Below are positions 26,152 to 40,090 of a stretch of 64,000 bases of DNA, piece by piece. Within the stretch, counting starts at the first letter, position 1. Each line of letters starts with the position of its first letter. Position numbers and translations under genes: made by a program. Source of the stretch: the human T2T-CHM13v2.0 reference genome, Homo sapiens; NCBI RefSeq assembly GCF_009914755.1, contig NC_060935.1. One strand, 5' to 3'. Under the pieces are notes generated by a model. It had not been told where the DNA came from. It searched no databases and worked only from the letters and a program-made list of their open reading frames with translations.

Positions 26152-27145
26152 GGATATTTTGATTTATTATAAATTATTTGTATACTTACACTGCTTTTTA
26201 TTTGGAACTTAATAGCAAACCTCCTATTGTAAGGATACTTTGATATTTTCATTCCTTATGAACATATTTAACTGTGTAATAAAAAGGTAGCACTATTTTA
26301 TATGTAGTTTGAGAATGTTGATTATATCTAGATTCAAAAATTGAAACCAAATTTTAGGTTTGTATTTTTACTGAATTTTAGGTTGGTACTTTTAGCCTAT
26401 CTCCTGTCTAAGAAGCAGTATGTCAAGAATTGTTTGGGAGCATAAGTTCAATGTTTAAAAAAACAACTGTCAGAGATGCCTAGAATTATTAACTCTACTA
26501 AAAGAAAAGAAAACATGGAAAACAAAGCCAAATACAGAACAACACTGGTGAAAGTGTTTAGCCAAAAAGAAACAATTATGCAACTGTCTACAATTCTACA
26601 ATAAAATGGAAAATTATTGAGAATGAATATTATCAATAATAATGTGTTAACGTGGTAAAATATTTATACTTATGAATTTAACTGAAAAATTGGGGAATAT
26701 TATGTTTATTTCTGGAAAAATAACATGAAACGGCTTTTACCACAAACTTAGGATGTGCAAATACGTAAAGTTAAATCACAGAGATTACATGGAGTGAAGG
26801 ATGCATGGTTTTATGAATCTTAAAAATGAAGTAGGTTAACATGGATTTAAAAGTGTGCAGTAAAATAAAACATTATAAATTAATAGTAAAATAGAGGAAA
26901 ATGTTTTTGCTTATATGTTAAAAAGTACAATGAACAAAAAGAAAAATGTATTGATCAATCTTTTTGTTTCAAAAAATAGGAACAGGTCTTTTATTAAGTT
27001 TTCCCTAAAATCGTAATGAAAGATATGACTAACAAATAGGTACATTAAGGTGAATTTTATTTTCTCTTTCTCCTCAGTGTCTTCCACTGCAAAATTCATT
27101 GTTCTGAAGATACCTGGATTATTTTCTATATTTGAAGTCATGCAT

Positions 27146-27411
27146 GGCTGGGTGTGGTGGCTCTTTGGGAGGCCAAGGCAGGAGGATTGCTTGAGGCAAG
27201 GAGCCTGGGCAACACAGTGAGACCCTGCTTCCCCAAAAAATTAAAACTAAATAAAAAATCAATGAGGTGTGATTTTGCACACTTGTAGTCCCAGCTACTT
27301 GGAAGGCTGAGGCAAGAGAGTAGTTTGAGCTTGAGAAGTCAAGGCTGCAGTGTACTGTGATCATGCCACTGTACTCTGCCTGGGCACCAGAGTAAGATAC
27401 TGTCTCAAATA
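27146..27411 (+). mobile_element. AluJ with small internal deletions
   Basis: GGAGGATTGCTTGAGG, GTCAAGGCTGCAGTG; TSD AAGTCATGCAT / AAGTCATGTAT. Confidence 0.9.
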
Positions 27412-28160
27412 AAGTCATGTATAGGTTGTGATATTAAAAAAAAAAAGAGCATATTCATAATTCTCCCTAGGCCCTCTTATCTCAGATATTTTTGCAATGT
27501 ACCTACTGATATCAATAAATTGAATATATACATGAAAATGCTAAGCTACAGAATATATGACTCTCAGAAAAACCAACTCTTTAGATTCCATTACTAGGAG
27601 AGAATGTGTTTTTTTAGTATGTGTGGCTCCCTCTTCCCATATACTTCATTGTGGGCAAAACCTCTTCAGGCCTCTTCTTTACCGAGCATCAATTTCACTT
27701 TCATTCTAGTTGTATTACTTTGCACTGATAAATGGCATATTTCTGCTTTTTTCCCCTTTTCATGGTCGTCTTGCATTTGCCCAGCTAAAATTTATTGTTG
27801 AGTATCTAGCATCTATAGAAGTATCCTTAATAGGCACTGAAATATCTTGATTCTTACATGTATTTCTGATTAAGAAAGCTTTTCCCGAAACTTGCCACTG
27901 GAAGCATGAAAATACTTAAGTGGCAGGTCTCTGAGTCTTTAGTTTATCTCCCACCTTCTATCATATATGTATCTTACCCAGATTTCTAGTATATTAGCCA
28001 TGTGTTGCTCATCCTGCTTGATTCACCTGATAATACTGATATAATGGATTGATGTGATGTTCTGAGGGAAGTCCAGGCTATCCAGGTCTCTTGGGAGTAT
28101 ATTTTAACAGAGCAGGAGTTAAGATAGCCCTGGGATGAAGCTGTGTACAACAATATTGTC

Positions 28161-28726
28161 TTTTAAAAAAAATTGTGATAAGAACACATAACATGAGATC
28201 TACTACCATACAAATTTTTTGGTGTATAATCCACGATTGTTGACTGTAGTCACAATGTTGTACAGCAAATTTCTAGAGCTTATTCATCTTGCATAACTGG
28301 AACTTTATGCCCATTGTTATTTGTAACTCTACATTTTCTGCTGCCCACAGTCCCTGGTAACCACGATTCCACTATTTGATTCTGTGAATTTCACTATTTT
28401 AAATGCATCATATAAGTACAATAATGCAGTATTTGTCTTTCTGTAACTGTCTTATTTCCCTTAGCATAATGTCCTCAATGTTCATCCATGTTGTTACACA
28501 CTGCAGAGTTTCCTTTTATAAAGCTGAGTAATATCCCACTGTGTGTGTATACCACATTTTCTTTATTCCTTCATCTATCTATTGACATTTAGGTTGTTTT
28601 TACATCTTGACTACTGTGAGTAGTACTGCAATGAACATAGGAATGCTAATATCCCTTTGAGAGCCTGACTTAATTGTTGTTGTTGTTGTTGTTGTTTTGT
28701 TTAAATACCCAGAAGTGAGGTTGCAT
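28161..28726 (-). mobile_element. L1MB/L1MA10-like 3' end
   Basis: AAGAACACATAACATGAGATCTAC...CACAATGTTGTACAGCA...CTTAGCATAATGTCCTCAATGTTCATCCATGTTG. Confidence 0.85.
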
Positions 28727-29109
28727 CTATTTTGTCTTAATGAAAAACTATTTCCGATCCTGTTTCTGAATTGAGACAAAAACAAATGCATTTGACAAAC
28801 AACTACATATCCTGCACCTAAGACCATATGTAGCTGCTCTAACAATAACACAACCTCAGCTACAATTGGGGTTCCAATTTTGTTGGGCTTGTAATTGGTT
28901 GGCTACTGTCCTCATGGATCCATCTGGTTTCTGCAAGGGCCAGACTGGAAAATTAACAAGGGATATGAGAGTAATTACTATTCCTGTATTCTTTAGCTGT
29001 TTAAGTATAGCATTAGTCTTTGCTACCAATACAATATTGTATTTAATTTCCTATGTTGGCCAGGGGGAGACAGTTTTCTTCCTCTTGGCTTTCCCACTAA
29101 GATAGCTCT

Positions 29110-29330
29110 AACTCCAATACGGGGTTATTTCATCTGCCAAGACTATCAGTCTCCATCATGCATTCAGAAACTGGGAAATGATCACCAGGTGGGACCAAGA
29201 ATCCAATGGACCCACTGTATGCTGGACTTGAGGCAAAGGTTCCATTTATTACCCAAACCCAATCTCTCACATAGTTGGACCATCACAAGATTTCAGGGGT
29301 TTCACATCAACAGTAACTCAGACCCTTTCT
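29110..29330 (-). mobile_element. ERVL internal (protease/pol-proximal) fragment
   Basis: Minus strand GTAATAAATGGAACC...ACAGTGGGTCCATTGG...TTTCCCAGTTTCTGAATGCATGATGGAGACTGATAGTCTTGGCAG resembles the ERVL pro-pol junction. Confidence 0.6.
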
Positions 29331-29400
29331 CTAATAGTTTTCAAGAAGTCTCATCATCACTATTTCACAATGTAGACTCACCCAAGTTACAAACTGTAGG

Positions 29401-29550
29401 CAGGACCAATTTCACGGACAGGTGACCTATGCAGTCACACAGAACCCAGGCTCAGGAGGGTCCTTCACTCAGTTTAAAGCTCTGTTGACACTGTCTTGAA
29501 ATTCTTGATAAGTTTTAAACCAGAGGTCTCCCATGTTTTGTCTATAGGCC
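29401..29550 (+). mobile_element. MER91A (hAT-Tip100) MITE
   Basis: CAGGACCAATTTCACGG...GACCTATGCAGTCACACAG...TGTCTTGAAATTCTTGATAAGTTTT. Confidence 0.75.
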
Positions 29551-30024
29551 TTTTTGGGGTAAGGATGGAGGAATCATTACTATGTATACACTCCATGTTG
29601 TTCAAGGGCCTTCACTCTTTGGGATCCAGATACTTTTTCTATCAATCCACAGATTCAGTGTCTGAAAACTGACTCGGGTCTGATAATTTGGACAAAGGAT
29701 TCTGAATTTTTATTGCGGCTATAACTATTGAATCCAAGTCACTGAAGATTAAATTCACTTCATTTTCATAATTGCAATCTTCTGGCTTCTGGCAATAAGC
29801 AATGCCAATAACAGTCCCATCATTTCAATGACATCAATCAACCACCTCCTATGTTCACTTCCCCTTATATCAACCCTAGCCCTCAGGAGAGAGCTACCAC
29901 TGAACTTCATAGTTTATGCATTTATGACTCTCATCAGCAAATTCTTGATGACTTGTTGACTGTTTTGTCCTCTGGGCATTTATATGTAAAATAATACTCT
30001 GGTGAGTCTTCTGGCCTTACAGAA

Positions 30025-30480
30025 TGTGTAGTCTTGGTACTCCAAATAGCAACACCAAGATAAAACTAAACATGCAGGGATTTTATTACAAGAAACACTT
30101 GTGTGAAAGAAAACAGGAGTGGAATTTTGGAAGGCAGAGAACAAACATGAAAGTATACAAATATAATCCTGAGTGAAGAAGGGGAGAAGAACATTAGGTA
30201 GAAATGTCTTTCACTGCCATATAGTCTAAGAAAAGGTTGGCAGGAGTGCAGGGGCATCCTCAAGCCGATGTCAGCCAACTGAGGGTTCACATCTCTTTCA
30301 GGAATGGGCTGCATTAGTTTCTTTACAATAATCAGTCATTGGCTGGCAGCAATCTGAGGAAAGTGTGCCTTGGTGGAAACATGAAGATAAATTTCAGAGT
30401 GTACCAAATGGGATGCTTTGTCAGTTATCACCCTCAAAGTTTAAGGTCCATGAGGCACATTCTCATGACCATCTCAGTCC
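30025..30480 (-). mobile_element. ERVL LTR, LTR40-like
   Basis: CACCAAGATAAAACTAAACATGCAGGGATTTTATT...CAGTCATTGGCTGG typical of the LTR16/40 group; boundaries approximate. Confidence 0.6.
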
Positions 30481-32300
30481 ATTTTCTGTACCATACAGAT
30501 CTACACCTCTGCACAGATTCAAGGATAAGCTGTTTCTTGTTTTCTATGGACCCTTCTGCCTAAAGGGAAACTCTGAAATGGGAACACAATTATATAAACT
30601 ACAGTCCCCATCACTGAAGTCGATCTCAGGCCCATCACCGGTATTCATACTCCTTTTCCTCCAGAATCTATTCTGAATCTCCTCATCTTCAGCTAACACA
30701 AAAGCTTGTGGCATAACTAGATGTATAACAGAAATCTTTATTTTAGAGGCATCTGAACCCTATGTAATCATACCTTCTCAGTCTCAAGTTACAGCATGTG
30801 TTTACTGGCATTTAAGATGGAGCACGGGATTGTCAGCAGGTACCCAAGTAGCTGATCTGGGATCTAAACATAGTCCTCTCAGCTCACAAAATGAAAGACA
30901 ACATTGATGGTCATGATCAGTTAACTTTGCCAGTATCTGCCAGTTCCTGGACAAAATGAATCCATAAAGTCCTGGCAGCAACTACAACAAACATGTTATT
31001 CAATGGGGATTTTTCTGTGTTGCCTGGTAAGTGTGTCCCTCTTTTTAGGTCCAGAACCTACAACCCTACAGGGTCCAGATTTGTTGTGGCAAGAAACAAT
31101 AAAATTCTCAAGTAGATAATTCAGAGCCCTTGTAAGTAAGGCATAAACAAATTATTTGCTTCCTGGACTCATATATACTTCCTCTTGGGAATATGGCACC
31201 ATATGAATATCTGGTTTCATAAATACATTGTGAGCTGAAATATGGTACTTCAAAAATTCTGAGTGCTTTCTTTGAGCTGGCATTTCAGCTGCACATTTAG
31301 AAGGTCGTTTTGCATTCTATAAGGCCAACTGCCCTAGAGTGCTGCAGCATGTGAAAGGACCATTGATTCCACTCCCATACCTCTTTTGCTGTAAAGTGGG
31401 TCTTCTTGTTGAATGCCAAATCCTACAAGCACTCATAATAGTTCTGGTTGAAATCCCACTAAACAAAAAAGGCAAACCTAGTCATGAATAGCTATCTATG
31501 CCTGTTAGAATTAATGAATGACTCTATTGTGGCTATTCCTTTCATGGGTACATTGTGCCAGTTCTGGGATGACTGGTAACAAAGCCTGGCTACTTCAATT
31601 TTATATGTTTGATTATTTGTTGCTTCTTCTCTGGTGGATGTTTTCTTGAGGACATGAAACTAAATTCTAAAATCTTTATGCTTTTTTTCTACTCCAATAT
31701 GTTCATTTGCATGTCTCCACACAGACCTCCTTGACTCTCATCTTATAACCTTTTTCTTTCTAGATCCCTGGCCAGACAGCCACACATGTTACCACTGCCC
31801 AGGGCCAAACTTTGCCATTACAGACTTGTCTTAGATGACCATTGCCTTGTCTTTGAAATTTAGCCAGTCTGCTTACTAAATCTTGAGTTTGGTGTTCAGC
31901 TGCTTCTCTTCTTGTACAGTATCAAAGAGAGCCTTTGACCTTCACATTTATACTTATTTGATAAGCCTTTAGCTTATTATTGCCTCTCCGTATGACATCA
32001 ACACAAGTTAACAATAACCAGCTTATTCCAATCAATTTTCCTTATATGTGCCTTTCCCATCTCCTCCCCTTCCCATTTCTGTATCTCTATATTTTCCCAA
32101 TGCCCTGTATCACTGTGCAGACTAGGGTGTTTCTATCAATTGGAACATTCTGTCAAGTCAGCACTGAGGAAAGTTTTAGCAACTGGGCTGCCACCATGTT
32201 CCAGGGACTACCATGGCCCAATCAGCATGGGCACCTCATTGCCAGCCTCACGAGTCATCAAGTCCTAAAACTCCATCCTGCCCCCTGCTTTCTCAGATGA
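30480..32300 (-). mobile_element. ERVL internal remnant (ERV3-16A3/HERV16-like; integrase region)
   Basis: Minus strand near 31270-31380 (GGAGTGGAATCAATGGTCCTTTCACATGCTGCAGCAC...GGCCTTATAGAATGC...CAGCTGAAATGCCAGCTC) resembles the ERVL integrase segment GIHWSYH...AGLIERWNGLLK. Confidence 0.55.
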
Positions 32301-32314
32301 CTCTTGAAACTTCT

Positions 32315-32727
32315 GTGTTAGTTTTGTCCTCTGGAAAGGAGATGCTGAATGAGTTAGGAGTAGGAAATATTATTGGAGTGTAATACCTAACAAAGGAGAA
32401 GGCAGAAAACAAATTTGATCAGGTGAAGTGGTAGGACCATCAAATAGATCTAACAAGGTCTTTACTAGATCAGAGTAGGGTTTTACAGTAAAGATTGCCC
32501 AAAAAAGGAGTGCCACACTAGGTTTTAATGGCCCGGTGCTTGCACCTCAGTCCTGTTTAGTCACCGGCGAGGGCCATCCCTAGAAGAGTATAACCTCAGC
32601 TCACAACCAGAGGTAAACTACAAGGAAGTAAGAGTAAGAAGCTGTTATCTAGCCACATATCTTCCATTTGTTTAGAAAGTCACTTTTTAAAGAAGGATTT
32701 GAGCAATAATTTTCTGTGTTGGCTGCA
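32315..32727 (-). mobile_element. ERVL LTR, LTR40/41-like
   Basis: GTCCTCTGGAAAGGAGATGCTGAATGAGTTAGGAGT...AAAGATTGCCC...AGAGTATAACCTCAGCTC. Confidence 0.55.
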
Positions 32728-33404
32728 AGTAAATTGTGAAAGTTCATATGGCTGGGGAGGGGAATAGTTCCACAAGCTTAACAAAATGTGTAATAATTAT
32801 AATATCCATATGCGTAAGTTACTAGTACCACAAAATTGCCTTATCATTCACAAATCACAAAGTAAGTCTGGCTTGACACTTCTGTTCAGAATCCAGTATT
32901 TATTTAATCTATGACTGCTTTTAACCAATTAGATGCTGTCAAACTGACAGAATTATAATGGCTGCCTGTTTTTATTTTCCCTTAGAATACATTTAACATG
33001 TTTTATTTTAAATATATGATAACATACTGTGGCTTTGGAAAATAATAATGCAGACTCAAAATGATTCTATTTTCTGCTATTATTGGCATACATTATTATT
33101 ATTAATCATCTGGGTATTTTTCAACAGAAAACTCTGTGACAACTCAGTGTTTAGAAAAACAAGTGGGTAATTTTCATTTTCAAATGTATTATAAATATTA
33201 AATATCCATTTGCCTTTACAGCTACCATTTTTGGGAAAGTTTGCTATTTCATGTAGTTTCACCAATATATAAACGTACAAATGTATACATTTGTACAAAT
33301 TCATAAATATGTATATTCTAAGACATTTGATTTAATGGATATTGAAATTATTCACTAATTTTTTGTTAATATTTGTTTTATTTCTCCTTAGTGAAAAGTT
33401 TTTT

Positions 33405-33515
33405 GATAAATTACATGATTTTCAATGCTTCAGTTTTCTCACCTATGAAATGCAGGCAATAAACCTCCCTGTCAGTACCTCTGGGTTCTAAACTGAGATC
33501 AATCACCATGTCTTC
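33405..33515 (+). mobile_element. MIR fragment
   Basis: GCTTCAGTTTTCTCACCTATGAAATG core. Confidence 0.55.
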
Positions 33516-34349
33516 TATGTAACATTTTTTAAAATGTTTGTTTCTTTCTCAGTTTTTTCTCTTTATGTAAGCATGAATCCTGAGATCTGTCAGTATAGAT
33601 CTGAGGGAATAAAAATGTCATTTTAGGAAACTCTGTGGCATTGCTCTTTGTGTTTTTTCTGTCCTCTACCTCTCCACATCATATGTCACCTGAAGTGAAA
33701 AGTTAGAAAAAATGAAGTTTAAAAGTATCACAACAATTCTTGATTTTGCATTATCTTTCTATGTATATTACTTTTATACTGTCTCTAAGTAATTAAATGA
33801 AGAATGACTCATGCTGTTTTTTTACCAGATGACTATATCAGAGATAGCTTCAAATGAGATTTTGTCTATCAAACCATTTTATAAGAAATGACATTATTTT
33901 AGGATGCTTTTGTTGTAAATACAAGATGTTTCAACTTACTACAAACACATTATTAATATTCTGAAGCATTCTTCAAGAAAAGAACATTTTAATGGCCTTT
34001 TTAAGGTAACATATAGGGTACAGCAGTTAAAGTAGAAAAGAAGGAAAGAAACCCCTAGCAGTCTTTAAGATATGTCCTACAGTCACATAGATTTTGCAAT
34101 ATAAACTTATATTGAATCTATTTTCTTTATGAACTGTTTAAAATAGACTTAGCCTACTACTATAAATTCTAGTTATTAGCAAATATGACATAACGTAACA
34201 GATGTTAAGTTTAATCCTTAATCTTAATAAACTTTACTATTTTATAACAAGAAGTGTATAATTTCCAAATGTAGCAGTGTGTCTTTATTCCAAAACATCA
34301 TTTTTTTTCCATATACTTTATTCATGTTCCACATTCACCTATGATGGCA

Positions 34350-34730
34350 TAAAACTACCAGCTTGTTTAACTCATATAAGAAGTCTAGACTTAGTACACA
34401 GGGTTACAGCTGATAGAGTATGTCACTGAGGACTCAGATTTTTTTCTGTCTGTCTGCTCCATCTTTCCTAAAAGTTAGCTTATGTCCTTGGAAATGGAAA
34501 TGGAAGTGGTGGAGGGGTAGTTTATTTTATGAAAGAAAAAACATTCTAAAATCCCAGCCTACTTCTGCTTATATCCCATTGGCCAGAAATGTGTTATATC
34601 GTTACTCCTACCTACAAAGGAGTATGGAAAGGTAAGTATGTTTAGCTGGGTATGTTTTCATACCCCCCTAAAAATCAAGATTCTCAGCAAGGAATAAAAT
34701 GACACAAATGTATGCAGTCATCCTAAATAG
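34350..34730 (-). mobile_element. LTR33-like ERVL LTR
   Basis: ACTTCTGCTTATATCCCATTGGCCAGAAATGTG...TTTAGCTGGG...AAAATCAAGATTCT. Confidence 0.55.
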
Positions 34731-34739
34731 CTTTATCTC

Positions 34740-35430
34740 TAGTAAATAAATTAAATTTTAGTTAAAACACTTTAACAAAGAAAACTCCATGTCCAGATGG
34801 TTTTTTAAAGAAAAGATACCACGCTGCAAAGTCTCTTGAAAATGGGAAAATATACAACTAATTGTATGAGGGCAGATTTACCCATAATATCATCACTGCA
34901 GACACTAAGAATAAATAATAGCACAGAGCTACTTGGAAGGCTGAGGCGAAAGAATTGCTTGAGGCCAGGAGTTCTAGACCAACCTGGGCAACACAGCAAG
35001 ACCTCCCTCTCTACAAAAGATTATAATAATAAAAAAATTAGCCAGGTGTGGTAGTACACACCTGTAGTCCTAGCTACTCAGGAGGCTCAGGCAGGAGGAC
35101 TGCTTGAGCCCAGGAGTTAGAGGCCATAGTGAGATATGATTGTGTCATTGCACTCTAGCCTGGGGGACAGGGACAGACCCTGTCAAAAATGAACAGTACA
35201 GACCAAAAAAGATACCTCATAAACAGACATGAAAAAAATCTCACAAAATTTTAATAAATTGAATCCAACAATATATATAAATGTTCATAAATCATGATCA
35301 ATTTGGGCTTATGCCAAGAATTCAAAGTGAAATTTTGAATACTTTTCCTCTAACATAGGAACAAGGCAAGAATCGCTCTTCTCGGTATTTCTGTTTAACA
35401 TTGTACAGGAGGTTCTAGCCAGTGCAAAAC
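34740..35430 (+). mobile_element. Old L1M ORF2 fragments, interrupted by an Alu
   Basis: AAAACTCCATGTCCAGATGG; AATTGAATCCAACAATATAT...CATGATCAA; GGAACAAGGCAAGAAT...AACATTGTACAGGAGGTTCTAGCCAGTGCAA. Confidence 0.75.
34927..35189 (+). mobile_element. AluJ, 5'-truncated
   Basis: TTGCTTGAGGCCAGGAGTT...GGAGGACTGCTTGAGCCCAGGAG...GACCCTGTC. Confidence 0.9.
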
Positions 35431-36433
35431 AAAATTTAAATAATTAAATAATCTTTTTGTCTTTATATCTTCTTTTATTCCTTTGTGACAACTTAAATAA
35501 AGGTCTGCTTCCCATCTGACCTTAACTTCATTATATTACCAAATTTTGGTCAAGTCCTCATTCTCTAGCATATTCAAACTACTCTCGTTTAGATGAAAAT
35601 GCATGATGAAATTTTATCTTAATTTTCAGGTGCATTTTTTTCATGGTAGTGAATAATATTTTCTTTTGTAATTGGAAACAAGCCAAATAACTAAGTAAAA
35701 AGGGCAAAGTGCTTTACTACTCAAATATCTTACTGCACTTTGAACATTCAGTTTAAATGTCTGCTTTCCTAATATGCAATCTTTACTTTCTGAGACTGTA
35801 ATTAATAGTTTTATTCAAATCGCTTTTAACTTCAATTTATGTGACTTCTACTTCTATTTGAATTTTGTCTGTTTTCACAAGACAATTTTCTCAAACTCAT
35901 TTTTTCACTTACTATCACATAGTACCTCTAGAACTGTTACCACTTTCCTTTCTCAGAAATAAATTTAGCATTATGTGTCAAGTTTTTATGTCTATTGACA
36001 AGATAACCATATTATTTGTCTCTTCTGATATGTTCTGTATTCTGTATTCAGTGCCTATTTAGGAAGACCAGAATTGTATGTATTAAGTATATCCTCTCTT
36101 GAATGTCAACAGAAAAACTAGAATTACTGTATTTTCAATGCTCATACAAAAAAAGTATTGCTTTATTTTTCATTTAGTCAGAGTATGAATTCATGTATTT
36201 GTATTTTAGGTGCTAAATAAATATTCTCATATAACTAAACAAATGAAAATAAAATTAGTGAATATCTATTCTACATAAAACACAAAATGTGGAGAAAAAA
36301 CACACTGTTCCTATCCACAAAAGTTTGTCATCAATAATATTGATAACTTCTGTTCTAATGGACCTTAAAAAATTCTTCTGGGACACATCAGTGAGTTTTC
36401 ATGTCACTATCCACTTAAAACATTGGTTTTGAT

Positions 36434-36643
36434 CAGGAGATGGCAAATTGCCGTCTGCGGGCCAAATCCAGCCCACTATTTGATTTTGTAGATAAAATTT
36501 AACTGTAACAGAGCCAAACTCATTTTTTAAAAATGTATTGCATATGGTCCCTGTCATGCCACAATGGCAGGCCATATGACAGCAGCCATAGGGCCTAAAA
36601 CATAAACTATCTGGCTTTCTTGAGAAAAAGCTTTCTGACTTCG
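36434..36643 (+). mobile_element. MER58A-like hAT-Charlie MITE
   Basis: CAGGAGATGGCAAA...GCGGGCCAAATCCAGCCCAC...ACTATCTGGC...GAAAAAG. Confidence 0.75.
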
Positions 36644-38969
36644 GTTTTTGTATCAGTTATTATTTATATATTTACTTGAGAAAATTGTTATAACTTGATG
36701 ATTTAAGATAATGTTTTTATGTAACAGAACTGATATGTTCAGTTTGCTGTCAACTTATTATTCAGTGTAGATGTAAGTAAGACAATATAAGGAATCCTTT
36801 TCTGTAATAAAGTGTATAATAGAGCTTGATTTGGGAGACTCCTAGAAAGACACGCTGCAAACAAACACACTGACTAATCTGAGAATATCAATTACCATTT
36901 GAAAACCACCTAAGCCTAATTAAAACATAAATAAGGAACAAGTGAAGAAAGAGTAATTACATATTCTGAATATTAACTATATGACAGGCACTGAGCTAGC
37001 TCTATCTACCTATCTATTTAAGTATATTTTGTTTTTAAAAACCTTACATTAATTTAGCTGTGAAGAAGAATTATCACAATTTTTTAAAAGAAGAAAGAAT
37101 CTCAAGCAACCCATCATAAAGGGCTCTTAGGAAAGAGTAAAGCACAAATCTCTTGCCAACCAATAAACTTCAGTAACACTTTTCTTGTGCTCTTCTACAA
37201 TTAGGATTATTATTATTGGGCCCAAGAGAAGAAATGGCCCCCATTCATACATAAATAACTGGAACACAAATAACTATGGATTCTTGTATTTAAGCTAAGA
37301 GGATAAATGACTATGACAAGTAAGAGGAAGACTAAAAAAAAGGCAAGAAATAGATGAAAATGATGGACACAACACATGAACATTTAAAAATCTAAATTAC
37401 CTAGATACACAGCGCTGAAAGTAACTGTTATGTGTTATTTATATAAATAACATCCGGTAAGCTGTAGTTAATTCACCTTAGTTAAATGGTCTGATAAAAC
37501 CAGACCAAAATGGTTAAAGTGTTTGTGTTAGTATGGGAATCAGATGAAATACATAGTTCCAAAGACAATGACTGGCACATATAAGTTGCTCAATATATTT
37601 TTGTATAATAGTATTCTCTGTGTATGTGTACATGCATGTGCATGTGTATGTGCATTTGAATGTCTGTGTGTGAGTGTGTGAGGGCTGCAGTGTGTTTAAG
37701 ACACATACCTACATATTGAGAGGAAGACACTGTAATATTCTTTACTAGGTATAGTTCATGTTGAAGACAGTCCAGAAATTCCATTTCAATAACACAGTTC
37801 ATCAGAAGTTGTAGTCATTGTGCTCATTTTATTTCCTTATTTTCATATGAAAATTAATATTTTCTTTCTTCATATGGTAATTATTTTAGAATTAAAAAAT
37901 TAAGGAACCATCTGTTCAACTAATAAAAGGTAAGCACATTTTTTTTAGGGGAGTTCCTATATCTTTTACATTTCAGGATCTTGTCTGCTTCTATCACATC
38001 TCTCCACAGCTCTTAAAAATTATTTTTACCTTGTATCTGATCAAAATTTTTCTGTTCAGAAATTTGAGTTCAAGCCTTTGCAGTTCTCTCAGCTTGCTGG
38101 TGATTATTGCTCAATAGCATTCACTTTTCTCCATCTCTTGTTGAATATAGCTTCTATTTTCTCTTCAAAAAAAGGTTATAAATTTCTGCAATCTGTTTTG
38201 CCCTACGTGAATCACATCAAACATGCCCTTGAGAGATTATGGTTCATCCTTTCTGACATCTGGGGAAGCAGCCCAAAGCTCAGAAGAAAAATTCAACACT
38301 GAGCTCTTTGAGTAAGGGGCTTGAAAATTCTATTTGATGATTTTTATATTTCCCGTGCAAAGCACTAAAAGAATAACAATACTTATCCCATATCAATTTT
38401 ATAGAACCATTGCAGGTATTCACTAGATCATCTATGTTATGTGCTTGGGGCCTTCAAAGTAAACTGCTCCAGGATCTTATCCCCAGCTTTTCATCCTTTG
38501 GCCCTCTGATGACCTTTCACTGCAGCTAGGATAGTTAATTATTTGAAATTTTTTTCAAAACATAGCAGTGATAAAGAGATGGTATCATACAGCTTTTTCT
38601 TAGAAGCTCAGTATAAAACAGCAGGCATTTGGACAATACTTGTTTTCTTCCCTGTGAGATCTCTCTCCAATGAATACCTAAAAAGTTCCCTGCAACTGTA
38701 TGCTTACCTGCAGGTATCCCTTCAGCAACAGATTTTGTACTAACGTAGATCCTTGAGGAACCTATGACTCTCCTTTCAAGACTCCAAAATTCCATGCACA
38801 TTCAGTGCATATAACCACATGTTGCATAGTGACAGAGCTACACTAAGACTATATAAATTAAAATCTGCCACAAATTTCTGCAGTTTTAAGAACACATACA
38901 TAAAGCACAAAATAGTTAATTTGGATTCAAAAAATCCAGTCACAAAGAATTGTAACAAATAGTCTTCAA

Positions 38970-39032
38970 ACAACTAGGACTGTGTTTGGCTTATATAGTA
39001 GGTGCTCAGTAAATGCTCATTTAATGAAATGA
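38970..39032 (+). mobile_element. L2 extreme 3' end
   Basis: TGGCTTATATAGTAGGTGCTCAGTAAATGCTCATTTAATGAAATGA. Confidence 0.65.
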
Positions 39033-40090
39033 TTACTAGAAAAGGGCAGTCCTGCTTTACCCATGTAATAACTGGTTCTTGCCACTTGAGTCCTTCCTCA
39101 TGTGTTCTCATACTAGGAAAGATAAAAATTTTCTTACTTCTCATCTCATTTTAGAAAAGGAAAAGTGGCTTTGTTAACCACTGACCCATCAACATAAGAG
39201 ATACAAACATTCTTAGGGATTTGTGATTTTTATATCTCCACGATCAACCTGGACTCTTCCACAGGTAACACATTACCCATAAATTTCCTATTTTCATTCT
39301 TCATAATGGTCCAATTTTTGTATTTAATTTTTTCTGCAGCGGTATTGATAAACCTATTTAACCTTTCAGATGAGGAATTTCATTAACTAGATGATACTGA
39401 AAATGCTTTATACTTGTAAGAAACAATAAAATTCTCCTTACATATTTTTCATATATATTTGGTGTTACACCCTAGTAGAACTGAGCCAATTTTGGGCTCT
39501 ACAGGTACTATAAGAAAGATAAAAGGCAAATAAATGAAAATAAAATACAACCACATGATGGAAAAAATATTGTAGTTTTCACAAAGAAAAAAGTAGTAAT
39601 AATAATAATACTTCATCTTTAGGTTTGGAGATTTATATTTATAAACTATACTCAGGTAAATTATCTCACTTGATTCTCATATTCTTAAATAATAAGTCCT
39701 ATTATTCACCTACGCTACACACACATACAAACATTTTAAAAATAAGGGAATTAAAACTGAATATTTAAATCCTTATATTTAACGAATTCACTATGAAACT
39801 TCTGTTTTGTTCACACTTTCATAATATTTCCATGCTGTACTGTCTCATATTCCCTCCAGCAGTGGGAGAGGACCTTGCCAATTGTTGGTATGGTTGCTCA
39901 TTTTACTTTTAACCATTCTCATCGGTGTGTAATAGTATCTCACAAATCAAATGTCAGAAAAATTTTAATTTTTCTCTTCCAAATATCGTATGATATTGAG
40001 TACCAATTTCATATGCTTATTTGCCATTTATATTCCTAATTTGGTATGGTGTCTGCTAAAATATTTACCCCTTACCCTTATGTTTTCAAG

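Noticed and set aside
37890-37935. 40-nt plus-strand exon-like segment ending AAG|GTAAGC
   Set aside because: Very AT-rich, not frame-preserving and without corroboration; indistinguishable from a pseudo-exon.
38738-38748. Perfect TACTAAC branch-point motif on the plus strand
   Set aside because: Followed by AG after only 2 nt with no polypyrimidine tract; a 7-mer is expected by chance in 64 kb.
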